Positions 9,833 through 18,178 of a DNA stretch of 64,000 nt are shown piece by piece (position 1 is the stretch's first letter; every line of letters begins with the position of its first letter). The notes below the pieces were generated by a model that ran no database searches, was not told the DNA's origin, and saw nothing but the letters and a program-made list of their open reading frames with translations. The translations under genes were made by a program, and so were the position numbers. The stretch is from a virus. Taxonomy: Duplodnaviria > Caudoviricetes. The stretch spans positions 96,001-160,000 of the IMG/VR virus record IMGVR_UViG_3300036762_000065; one strand, given 5' to 3'.

Positions 9833-11428
9833 ATGTCATCGGCAATTTTACACGTTGAAGGTTTAGCTTATTGCGAACTTGCTATAGAGAATAGCATACC
9901 TCCGCCTTCTATAAATCTAATTGATGAGATATCAATTTACGACGGTTTCGGTATCGCTTGTCCTGTGCTTGAACTGTCTTTGTACGACCCTAGTGGTTCT
10001 CTTGTAAGTGACTTCGGATTTACTGATGCCACATTAATTTCAATTACTATGTCTAAAAACAATAGTAATCCGAAGAAGAGGACATTTAGATGTTGGGGTT
10101 GGCGCAGAGAGATGGTAGGCTCTGGCCCTGTAGTTAAAGTTGTTGCAATACTCGATGTTCCTAAATATAGTGCAGGTAGTTACTGTGAAAGTTTTAGCAA
10201 GCAAACTAGCAGTGCTGCATTGGCATCCGTTGCAGATAAGTCAGGTTTAAAGTCAGACGTTGATCAAACAGTAGATGCAATGACCTGGTTGAATATAAAC
10301 CAGACCCGCAGTTCTTTTTCTGAAGATGTGGCTATGCGAGGACGCATTAGTGCCGGTAGCTGCATGGCTCGTGTTCTTACAATGGATAAGAAACTTCGAT
10401 ATAAAGACATTATAAAAGTAATAACCGGAAGCCCTAAAGTAAGTTTCTTACTTAACGTAGATAAATCTGAGGCAAGTGCTTCCCCTGTACATGTGAGAGA
10501 AGTAGAACACTTATCAGGCAGTGGTCTAGTAACACACTGGATGAACTACGGATGGAAACAATACGAACACGATCTTAGCGGCGTCCAAAAATCCGATCTT
10601 AGTGCTAACGCTCCTGTTCTAGGCTCAAGGTTACCTATAAATTCAGAAGTAGGTTCAATGTTTGATAACGCTAGGGTTACGTACACAGGGTTTGATCCGG
10701 GAACTGCGCCTAAGCCTGAATCTAATCTACACAAAGATTACGAAAAGGCACTGTATCAAAATTTAAGATTTCTAGCTTTGTTTAGCGAGCGTATGCGTAT
10801 ACTGGTAGACGGTAATGTAGAAGTAGAAACCTTTGATTGTTGCGAGTTCAAACAGAATGATTATGATGGACAAAATTTCAACCAAAATAAAACATTCAGC
10901 GGCAAGTACATAGTAGGCGGACGTAGCGTAAAGATAAAGAGCGGACATAAGTATCACGAGGTGTATGATCTTTATCGACCTTACATAAATGAGAGTGGTA
11001 AGACTAAAACAAAAGCACCTGCACAAAAGAGTCCTAGCGCAAACGACGGATCGGTTACTGTTCCGGAGTCTTATAAACCCCAGCAAGGAACTGTCGCTGC
11101 TGCTACAGAAGTTGAGGCTCATAAAACACCCGCAGTAAGGCCGAACGCTCCTGCTATAGAGACAGCCGCAACTATGTTGAGTGCATTGGCCGAGTTTGAT
11201 AGCCAAACACCTAAGATACCTACTGTACCTGCAGCAAAACAGAGTCAACCTGTAGCTACTGAAAAGCTACAGACTCAAACTAAAATACGAGAGTCTGTAG
11301 CTGCATTAAACACCGGGCCTCTTGCGGTACCTGCATCAAACACTACGCAACGAGAACTTAATCAAATGTCTTCTACGGTTAAGCTTAGTTCTAGTTCCGC
11401 ACAAGAGATATTCAACGAAGGAGAATAA
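9833..11428 (+). CDS. Baseplate hub protein (gp27/gpD-like) with low-complexity C-terminal tail
   Basis: IDEISIYD...PVLELSLYD N-terminus and SGKYIV...H C-terminal hub motif; position. Confidence 0.6.
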   Translation: MSSAILHVEGLAYCELAIENSIPPPSINLIDEISIYDGFGIACPVLELSLYDPSGSLVSDFGFTDATLISITMSKNNSNPKKRTFRCWGWRREMVGSGPVVKVVAILDVPKYSAGSYCESFSKQTSSAALASVADKSGLKSDVDQTVDAMTWLNINQTRSSFSEDVAMRGRISAGSCMARVLTMDKKLRYKDIIKVITGSPKVSFLLNVDKSEASASPVHVREVEHLSGSGLVTHWMNYGWKQYEHDLSGVQKSDLSANAPVLGSRLPINSEVGSMFDNARVTYTGFDPGTAPKPESNLHKDYEKALYQNLRFLALFSERMRILVDGNVEVETFDCCEFKQNDYDGQNFNQNKTFSGKYIVGGRSVKIKSGHKYHEVYDLYRPYINESGKTKTKAPAQKSPSANDGSVTVPESYKPQQGTVAAATEVEAHKTPAVRPNAPAIETAATMLSALAEFDSQTPKIPTVPAAKQSQPVATEKLQTQTKIRESVAALNTGPLAVPASNTTQRELNQMSSTVKLSSSSAQEIFNEGE

Positions 11429-11429
11429 C

Positions 11430-12332
11430 GTGGCTAAAGTAAAAGTATTGTCTATGGAACGTTATTCTAAAAACATGGCCGATCCGTTAGAGCAGACTAT
11501 TGAAAGTGTTATTTCAAATACAACGGCAAGCACATTGAAGAAGGGCGATTTACTTGGTGATGTACAAACAGGAGGCTTCTTTAAAAAGGATTTAGATACA
11601 AACAATGTAATGCTAGATCAAAGTGTTGATACAGATACGATCATCACGGAAAGCAAACAACAAGAAAATGCTGGAATGTTATTCTTGAAGCAAGCATCTT
11701 CCAACACTATATCACCGTCTAATGTTATGTTCCATCCGCGAAAAGTTGCTGAGTTCTTTGAGGAATTTGCTGATATTGATCCTAGTGATTTTCTTATGAG
11801 CAAAGGAGCAGAGGCATACATTAAAGTGTTCGGCACTATGACTCCATCAGAAGCCTCTTCTAGCCTAAAGCAATTAGCTATACTGGCAGCTAGTGTCAAA
11901 GATAAGTTTGATGAGGATGAGGTTATAACAGACGCATTCCTTACCGATTCTACAAATGAAAATACTTATGTTCTCGATATAAAGTACGGCGACCCCCAGT
12001 ACACTCCTATAGTAGAGACATTAGTTTCCGTAGACACATACGCTCCTAATACAGGATTTAAAGACAGTGTTAAGACAGTTGTTTCTAAAAGAAAAATAAT
12101 GGAATGGTCTGATCTGTATAGAATAGGTAATTCACTACACAACAAAGAACTTCCTGTTGCAGAACTTGGATGGGACTGGCCGTTTGATTTTCCACAACAC
12201 AAGCCTGAGATAAGTAAGCATTCAAAAGCATTAACTAAAGTACCTGTCAGCAACGCCGCTTTGGAATCTGTTAAACACGCATCGTCAGAACCTATTAAGT
12301 TTGCTAATTTATTTAGCAGTACTGATATGTGA
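11430..12332 (+). CDS. Hypothetical protein (probably structural, end of tail operon)
   Basis: GTG at 11430 with SD GGAGA; long ORF. Confidence 0.6.
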   Translation: MAKVKVLSMERYSKNMADPLEQTIESVISNTTASTLKKGDLLGDVQTGGFFKKDLDTNNVMLDQSVDTDTIITESKQQENAGMLFLKQASSNTISPSNVMFHPRKVAEFFEEFADIDPSDFLMSKGAEAYIKVFGTMTPSEASSSLKQLAILAASVKDKFDEDEVITDAFLTDSTNENTYVLDIKYGDPQYTPIVETLVSVDTYAPNTGFKDSVKTVVSKRKIMEWSDLYRIGNSLHNKELPVAELGWDWPFDFPQHKPEISKHSKALTKVPVSNAALESVKHASSEPIKFANLFSSTDM

Positions 12333-12342
12333 TTTCCAGGCA

Positions 12343-12388
12343 GGTAACAAGGAAGTCACCGATTAAAACTTGAGGGCATGGAAGCTCT
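12343..12388 (+). promoter_or_regulatory. Tandem CsrA/RsmA-type ANGGA hairpins
   Basis: GGTAAC-AAGGAA-GTCACC and AGGGC-ATGGAA-GCTCT; both fit CANGGANG with GGA in a hexaloop. Confidence 0.5.
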
Positions 12389-12434
12389 ACTTTTATAGTG
12401 TAAATAATATTCTCAAACACACAGGAGAAATATC

Positions 12435-12791
12435 ATGATTGCAAAAGTCGTTAAAAATGTCAAAAAAGATGTAGCAGATAGTGTAGATGCTAACGTTACT
12501 GCTCACACCGAAGCCAAAGCCTATGTCGAGTGTTTTGCATTCAACATTCAGGTTAAAAAAATCTCGTATAGAGAAGTACATGAAGGTGATGCGCCTATAC
12601 ATAGAGAATTTATGTCTGAGGATTATATGGATATTCAGGTTTCACTACCTTCTGACAAAAAAATACCTAGTATAGAAGATGCATTAGTTATTGCTAACAA
12701 TTGGATTAATGTACACACAACGCAATTGGTATCGTTTACTATAGTAGGTGTGGAGTTAATCACATCAAATACAATAATCACAATCGCTTAA
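12435..12791 (+). CDS. Hypothetical protein
   Basis: ORF with SD AGGAG; TGTAAATA motif upstream at 12399. Confidence 0.75.
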   Translation: MIAKVVKNVKKDVADSVDANVTAHTEAKAYVECFAFNIQVKKISYREVHEGDAPIHREFMSEDYMDIQVSLPSDKKIPSIEDALVIANNWINVHTTQLVSFTIVGVELITSNTIITIA

Positions 12792-12805
12792 TTATATACT
12801 TGTGA

Positions 12806-12842
12806 TTACACACATGTGGGAGGCACTCCCACATGTGTGTAA
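12806..12842. repeat. Perfect 17-bp inverted repeat with GCA loop
   Basis: TTACACACATGTGGGAG-GCA-CTCCCACATGTGTGTAA. Confidence 0.95.
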
Positions 12843-12851
12843 GGGAACAGA

Positions 12852-13082
12852 ATGCAGAATCTTACTACGCAAATTCAAATCTTGTTGGCAGATGCGAACA
12901 AAAGAGCTTACTTAGCTGAACAGAAAGCGGCGTCTTTGTTAGATGCATTTATATGCCTACGTGAGGCTATTGAAGAAGAAGGTTACGATGTTTATGTAGG
13001 CAATGAACATAAGCCGTTATACACACAAGAAGAAATATATGACGAACTTATAAAACACTTTAACAGGCTTAGCGGACCCTAA
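12852..13082 (+). CDS. Hypothetical protein
   Basis: ORF in co-directional gene run. Confidence 0.65.
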   Translation: MQNLTTQIQILLADANKRAYLAEQKAASLLDAFICLREAIEEEGYDVYVGNEHKPLYTQEEIYDELIKHFNRLSGP

Positions 13083-13098
13083 CTGTGAAGAGTATTCT

Positions 13099-13410
13099 AT
13101 GAATACCTATTATCGTGCCCGAAACGGCACTCTATTTGTTATTGGTCGTTCTTTGTATGACGGACTTCTTATATTTAGACCTATTAATTGCAGTACGAAT
13201 GATACCATTTACGTTAGAGATATTGTAGAGTTTGTTCGCTGGTATGATTCATTAATTAGAGCAGAGGTTCCGAAGTTTTTTGAGAAACGCGCTAAGGTTG
13301 CTGTGGTAGAATCGACCGCATCTCATATATCTGAATTGATTTCCGAATTTGAGTGTACAACTATAAATTTAAATAGCTTGATAGGTAGATACGGAGTTGA
13401 CTGGCAATGA
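13099..13410 (+). CDS. Hypothetical protein
   Basis: ORF; overlaps next gene by 4 nt (ATGA). Confidence 0.65.
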   Translation: MNTYYRARNGTLFVIGRSLYDGLLIFRPINCSTNDTIYVRDIVEFVRWYDSLIRAEVPKFFEKRAKVAVVESTASHISELISEFECTTINLNSLIGRYGVDWQ

Positions 13411-13706
13411 AGAGTTTTTTAGAGCAAACAGGACTGTTTGAGCAAGTTATATCTATATCGCATTTTGCACCACATCCTGTTTTTGTCAAGCAAGATAATA
13501 ACACAGTATGCCCTGTTGAGATTATTCTAACTGCACCTACAGAAATAAAGCTGAGAAAAAAAATCATAGAAGCGCGAAATAGACTTACTGCATCTAAGGT
13601 TTATTTAGTTGTTAGGCCAATCACACGCAGAAAAGAGTCCTGTAGCATACGTGCTACTTTTTTAGGTTCGGATTGTTTTTTAACATTAAAAGAAGAGGGT
13701 AACTAA
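13407..13706 (+). CDS. Hypothetical protein
   Basis: Translationally coupled ORF. Confidence 0.6.
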   Translation: MKSFLEQTGLFEQVISISHFAPHPVFVKQDNNTVCPVEIILTAPTEIKLRKKIIEARNRLTASKVYLVVRPITRRKESCSIRATFLGSDCFLTLKEEGN

Positions 13707-13961
13707 ATGAATGTTGTTTCGCACACCGGTATTTTAGGCCAAATAAACAATGCTATAAATAACGCCACTTCCTATATTAAACATATTGAAATAACAGGCG
13801 CAGAGATGGCAGAATTGCTTGCTGACCCTATGGTAAAAACATATCAAGGTAAGTATTACGGATCAGAAGAAATTCCTGTGATTACACAGATGGATAAGGT
13901 TAAAGAAGGAGAACTTCCTAGGTGGTTGTTTTATAGAGGTGTACGTATTATAAAAGTGTAA
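13707..13961 (+). CDS. Hypothetical protein
   Basis: ORF with SD GAGG. Confidence 0.7.
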   Translation: MNVVSHTGILGQINNAINNATSYIKHIEITGAEMAELLADPMVKTYQGKYYGSEEIPVITQMDKVKEGELPRWLFYRGVRIIKV

Positions 13962-14041
13962 ATTTTTTATAATACACACTTGACATCAAGAAGGTTGGAA
14001 GAATTCTTCGCGAACCTATATAATAATATAAGGGTAACCAT

Positions 14042-14368
14042 ATGCATAATTCGCCAGATTTCGCACCTACAAGTGCGAAATTTAAACAAATATATGTAGA
14101 CGATAGAGATAAACAGACTTACATGTATTTGCCGAACGCAAACAACGTATTAGGTTGGCAAATGTTGCCGAAGAAGGGAAGCGTTTGGAAACACAACGTT
14201 AACGACACTCTGTATGTGGTGCGTACTGTAGGCAAGTCTAATTTAGAAGTAGATATAGAACGATATAATGAATTTCCTATTTACATAACGTACAGAGATA
14301 CCGTAACTTGGCATGTCTGGACAAGACCTTTGCACTTATTTTTAGACAGATGTTCCCCACACTCATAA
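14042..14368 (+). CDS. DUF1653-like domain protein
   Basis: G.VWKH...LYVV...ITYRD...WTRP...F pattern. Confidence 0.5.
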   Translation: MHNSPDFAPTSAKFKQIYVDDRDKQTYMYLPNANNVLGWQMLPKKGSVWKHNVNDTLYVVRTVGKSNLEVDIERYNEFPIYITYRDTVTWHVWTRPLHLFLDRCSPHS

Positions 14369-14378
14369 GAGGCATTAA

Positions 14379-15104
14379 ATGAAATCGTTGAATTTTAAAT
14401 TTTCAGAAGCACAAGCTAAACAACTTATAGAGCACCAAACACAAGCTAATGATGTTATGGCAGGTGATTGGGTACACACGGACAGTAAACAGCTTGCTTA
14501 CTATAGAGCAGCTTATATTGAACTTAGTGAAGCTCTTATGGAAATAGGTTACAAATGGTGGAAAAAGGAAGAACCTGACACTAAGAAAGTATTGTTTGAA
14601 CTTGTTGACGCTCTTCACTTTGTTATATCTGACCACATTAGATATTTTACAAAGAAACACAGAGACAGTGATCGCGCGGCTTCCTTTCTAATGAATTCTT
14701 TTATCAACATATATGAACCTGCTGTAGAACACATAGGAGTCTACGCAAACAAGGTTAGTTCTATACAGACTTCCGAGCTTACCTTACAAGATTTGTGTGA
14801 TCAGGCAATTTATAGCACTATCAAAGAAGGTCGTGCTTCTATAAATTGGCTTGCCGTGTTGTTTGAACGACTTGGCATTTCAAACAGTCAAGTTGTTTAC
14901 TACTATCTAGCCAAGAACACACTAAATAAATTTCGTGATGCTAACGGTCAGAAAGAAGGTACATATATTCGTAAGTGGAACGACAAAGATGATAATACTT
15001 ATTTGTATTCTTTTGTTGATTCTGCTATAGAAAACCAAACCGACATAAACGTAGATGATATATGGAATTATCTGGAAACTTCATACGAAACTGTTAAAAA
15101 TTAA
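14379..15104 (+). CDS. dut: Dimeric (all-alpha) dUTPase
   Basis: Q...N, ELSEA...YKWWKK, ELVDALHF, YLAKNTLNKFR..NG.K.G.Y...W...DDN motifs of the dUTPase_2 family. Confidence 0.9.
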   Translation: MKSLNFKFSEAQAKQLIEHQTQANDVMAGDWVHTDSKQLAYYRAAYIELSEALMEIGYKWWKKEEPDTKKVLFELVDALHFVISDHIRYFTKKHRDSDRAASFLMNSFINIYEPAVEHIGVYANKVSSIQTSELTLQDLCDQAIYSTIKEGRASINWLAVLFERLGISNSQVVYYYLAKNTLNKFRDANGQKEGTYIRKWNDKDDNTYLYSFVDSAIENQTDINVDDIWNYLETSYETVKN

Positions 15105-15116
15105 ACACAGGTAAAC

Positions 15117-15133
15117 GCGGGGTACTGCCCCGC
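15117..15133 (+). terminator. GC-rich hairpin after dUTPase (weak terminator or processing site)
   Basis: GCGGGGT-ACT-GCCCCGC; no U-tract. Confidence 0.35.
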
Positions 15134-15145
15134 TAGGCTATTGTT

Positions 15146-15673
15146 ATGGATGTTGTAGAGTTCCATAAAAAACACACCTCATTAAAGTTGATAGTAGGAA
15201 TGCTTATCGGTTATATGGTATTTCCTATTCTTTTGTTGCCTATGATAACGCAACACAGTCCTTTTGATCTTATGTTTTACTATAGTCCGAGTACCATGTT
15301 AGAGCATATGTCTAAAATGTCAGAACATGACAGAATACAATACGTTATAGGATTATGTACAATTGATGTTCTATATCCTATATACTACTGTACACTTGCT
15401 GCAATGACTCTAGCATTTCTACTACAAAACACAAACCTACCTAGTGACATTATACTAATCGTGTATTTCATAGGTATTGTGGATTTACTGGAAAATATAG
15501 CTATAGTAACAAGCTTACTCACATATCCTCATTCTCCTATGTTTTCTATGTATGCAGCAGGTTTATTCACAGCATCAAAGTGGATTTTGTTTTCTATTAT
15601 AGGCGCATTTATTTTATACTTAATTTTTTTACGCAAGGAAAAAGCACATGTCCAAGAAGAAAGTGAAAAGTAG
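15146..15673 (+). CDS. Integral membrane protein (about 4 TM)
   Basis: Four hydrophobic segments; DVLYP and DLLEN motifs. Confidence 0.75.
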   Translation: MDVVEFHKKHTSLKLIVGMLIGYMVFPILLLPMITQHSPFDLMFYYSPSTMLEHMSKMSEHDRIQYVIGLCTIDVLYPIYYCTLAAMTLAFLLQNTNLPSDIILIVYFIGIVDLLENIAIVTSLLTYPHSPMFSMYAAGLFTASKWILFSIIGAFILYLIFLRKEKAHVQEESEK

Positions 15674-15962
15674 TGCGTTGCAAGAGGCTATTCGTATTGC
15701 TAAGGCAGGGAAAACCGTATGTATAATGAGTACAGAACTTCCGAAGTCTAATACTTATATAACGAAGTTTAAGCAGGATAACGTATCTGAGGAAGTAGTA
15801 AACAGAATACGGTTAAACACTGTAAACGTGTTGCAGGATAACATGACTATTAGTGGTATTGTAGGTGCTGATTGTTGTATACTAACTAGAGGATTGCAAC
15901 AGTACGAATCCTTGTTTAAGAAACTGTTTTCTGATAAGTTCGATGAGATAATTTCAATGTGA
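15648..15962 (+). CDS. Hypothetical protein
   Basis: ORF with SD AAGGA; overlaps its neighbours. Confidence 0.65.
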   Translation: MSKKKVKSSALQEAIRIAKAGKTVCIMSTELPKSNTYITKFKQDNVSEEVVNRIRLNTVNVLQDNMTISGIVGADCCILTRGLQQYESLFKKLFSDKFDEIISM

Positions 15963-16360
15963 AGTGCATTATACCGGTAAATAACATGCTACACCTTAAT
16001 GAAGAAGAACGGTTGATATTACGCACGTTATGGCATAAGTTAGATGACCAGTTTTTCAAGTTTATGTACAATGATTTATTTAGATTAGACCCTAATACTA
16101 AGAACTTCTTTACCTGCGTTGACCTAGGAAACATGTTGAGAAGCGGTTTAAAGCGTATATTGGAAGGTGTTGCTGAACAAGAGCAGTTTACAGAGCTGGG
16201 AAAAATGCATAAATCTCTAGGCATAGATATTATAGCGTTTAAGTTTATGCGTGTCTCGCTCCTCAATGCTTTTATCTATACCAAAGAGTTTGAGTTGAAG
16301 GAAATAGATGTGTGGTTAAAGGTTTTCGATTATGCAATTGAATCTATGTGTATGGAGTAG
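15959..16360 (+). CDS. Single-domain globin (3/3 fold)
   Basis: A-helix L..EE..IL..LW, B10 Tyr (FMYNDLF), C2 Pro, CD1 Phe, proximal F8 His (LGKMH), LGI G-helix, H-helix W...F. Alternative start ATG 15986. Confidence 0.8.
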   Translation: MKCIIPVNNMLHLNEEERLILRTLWHKLDDQFFKFMYNDLFRLDPNTKNFFTCVDLGNMLRSGLKRILEGVAEQEQFTELGKMHKSLGIDIIAFKFMRVSLLNAFIYTKEFELKEIDVWLKVFDYAIESMCME

Positions 16361-16363
16361 TAA

Positions 16364-16765
16364 ATGGATCCTTCTATCATAACAGGTCATAAACATATTG
16401 ATGATCAACATAGACACCTATTAAACACTATCGAATACTATAACGTATCTTGCGATTTTAATGATGTTGTTGGTATAGATCGTGTATTTAACCAGTTATT
16501 GCAATATATTGAGTACCACTTCAAGTATGAAGAAATACTTTACTCTGATATTCCTGAAAACGAAAACCATATGCTAATGCATAGATTGTTTGAACACCGC
16601 GTAAATGTATATAAAGAAAAATTTGAAGAATCAGATAGCAAGGAACTGCGCAAGGAATTTTCTTTATTTTTACATAAGTGGCTAATAAACCATATATGTA
16701 AAGAAGACATAGCTTCTGTTGCGTGGGTAAGAGAGAATCAACCGGATAAGTTTAACGAGGTGTAG
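16364..16765 (+). CDS. Bacteriohemerythrin
   Basis: All di-iron ligands present: G...IDDQH, HFKYEE, HMLMH, WLINHICKED. Confidence 0.92.
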   Translation: MDPSIITGHKHIDDQHRHLLNTIEYYNVSCDFNDVVGIDRVFNQLLQYIEYHFKYEEILYSDIPENENHMLMHRLFEHRVNVYKEKFEESDSKELRKEFSLFLHKWLINHICKEDIASVAWVRENQPDKFNEV

Positions 16766-16767
16766 TA

Positions 16768-17112
16768 ATGGACAGTAAGCAAGAAGTTGATGTGTCTTAT
16801 TTAGTAGAACGAGTTGATTTTCCTGTATTAATTGTTCGCGGTGAAAATCAATTCGCAGAAGTTTTTAAGACTACTCAGAATTTCGTCAACTGGGCGCGAA
16901 AGCACAAAACATTTGTCCTTTATTTTGCTTTTGATAGCAATGTCACGGATGAATTATTTAAAACCATTAGATCCCCTTATATTGTTAGGCCGATCTACAT
17001 AGGTTATATTACACAAGACAAGAGAGAGCATGTTATATTGCGGTATGTAGATGCTATGCGCAAACAGTATGGTCCTATTAATATTCTCGATATAAAAGAT
17101 GTAGTTTTATAG
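16768..17112 (+). CDS. Hypothetical protein
   Basis: ORF with SD GAGG. Confidence 0.7.
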   Translation: MDSKQEVDVSYLVERVDFPVLIVRGENQFAEVFKTTQNFVNWARKHKTFVLYFAFDSNVTDELFKTIRSPYIVRPIYIGYITQDKREHVILRYVDAMRKQYGPINILDIKDVVL

Positions 17113-17120
17113 GAACACAC

Positions 17121-17612
17121 ATGAAATTAAACAACCTACTCAAGTCAAAAATAACTAAGAAAACTATTGTCGCGTATACTGACGGTAGTTGTATAGGTAA
17201 TCCTGGGTATGCCGGTTGGGGTGTTTATTTACACAGAACAAAGAACGGAAAGGGCCAGTCTCGTAGGCTTAGCGGTTCCCATCCTTGCGCAACAAACAAC
17301 ATGATGGAAATGCAAGGTGCTATCGAAGCATTGAAAGCGACTAAAAAGAACAATCACTTGGTTGTGTACACCGATAGTAAGTACGTGCAAAAAGGTATTA
17401 CTGAGTGGGTGTTCGGATGGGAAGCAAAGAACTATCGCAATGTAAAAAATGCCGACATGTGGAGAGAACTTAAAGCACTTACGGCAGGCAGACATATAAC
17501 TTGGCGTTGGGTAAAGGGGCATAGCGGCGTTGAAGGCAACGAGATAGCAGACAAACTTGCACGAACTGCCGCAGAAGATATACGAGATGCCGATATATGC
17601 AACGAACACTAA
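17121..17612 (+). CDS. rnhA: Ribonuclease HI
   Basis: YTDGSC.GNPG..GWG, TNN.ME, TDSKYV, WVKGHSG..GNE.AD. Confidence 0.97.
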   Translation: MKLNNLLKSKITKKTIVAYTDGSCIGNPGYAGWGVYLHRTKNGKGQSRRLSGSHPCATNNMMEMQGAIEALKATKKNNHLVVYTDSKYVQKGITEWVFGWEAKNYRNVKNADMWRELKALTAGRHITWRWVKGHSGVEGNEIADKLARTAAEDIRDADICNEH

Positions 17613-17648
17613 CATTCATTTTATTAAATAACCTTATAAGGATACTAT

Positions 17649-17774
17649 ATGTCTAGTGCAGTTGATCAATTCGGTAAAGCACTTGCCTGTACACCCAACT
17701 ATTTAATCGTAGGTACACCTGCCTAGGATGAAGGCGGTACTCAGAGTGGTGTTGCACATAAATTCTCATTATAA
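17649..17774 (+). pseudogene. Single FG-GAP repeat fragment interrupted by in-frame TAG
   Basis: MSSAVDQFGKALACTPNYLIVGTPA*DEGGTQSGVAHKFSL; SD AAGGA; not in the ORF track. Confidence 0.6.
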
Positions 17775-17863
17775 GGAATAACTATGTTTATCAATCTAAT
17801 TATAGGAGTAAAGCTTTATATAAATAACTTTGAATCAATGTTAAACTCATAAGGCGGTGACTG

Positions 17864-18178
17864 ATGCAAGCGAATAACGTGGTTTCTATAAATTCTTTTT
17901 CTATAAACAGAACATTCAAGACAAGCAACTTTCAAGTTTGTATATCCAAAGAACGTCGGCGATTCAAAGGGGAATTTCGAACGGTATTTGAAGCAAGAAT
18001 ACACTTGAGAGCAGGTCGTTCTACAGAAAGAAAAACGTTTTTTAATATGAAGCCATTATGTAGCGGCATTAGTTTGTTAAGTCCTAAACTTGCTGTCAGA
18101 GAAGCATCAAAAACTTACAGAAAACTACACTCAATTATCAAAAAAGTAAACATAAGAGAAAGTAGACAAGAGGATTAA
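17864..18178 (+). CDS. Hypothetical basic protein
   Basis: ORF abutting the next gene. Confidence 0.6.
   Translation: MQANNVVSINSFSINRTFKTSNFQVCISKERRRFKGEFRTVFEARIHLRAGRSTERKTFFNMKPLCSGISLLSPKLAVREASKTYRKLHSIIKKVNIRESRQED

Noticed and set aside
465-11428. Bacterial contractile injection system, tailocin or T6SS rather than a phage
   Set aside because: The surrounding dense small-gene block, DenV, Acb1, lysis cassette and absence of host housekeeping operons indicate a lytic phage genome.
11322-11430. Possible programmed frameshift joining the hub gene to the next ORF (107-nt overlap in the ORF track)
   Set aside because: A GTG at 11430 with SD GGAGA directly follows the hub stop, and no slippery heptamer is evident.
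13980-14018. TTGACA as a sigma70 -35 box (also at 29621)
   Set aside because: No acceptable -10 hexamer at 16-18 nt spacing in either case.
17724-17726. Genome-wide TAG recoding (alternative genetic code)
   Set aside because: Many clear genes end in TAG with the next gene starting immediately (for example 3987, 8784, 16360), and long genes are uninterrupted under code 11.
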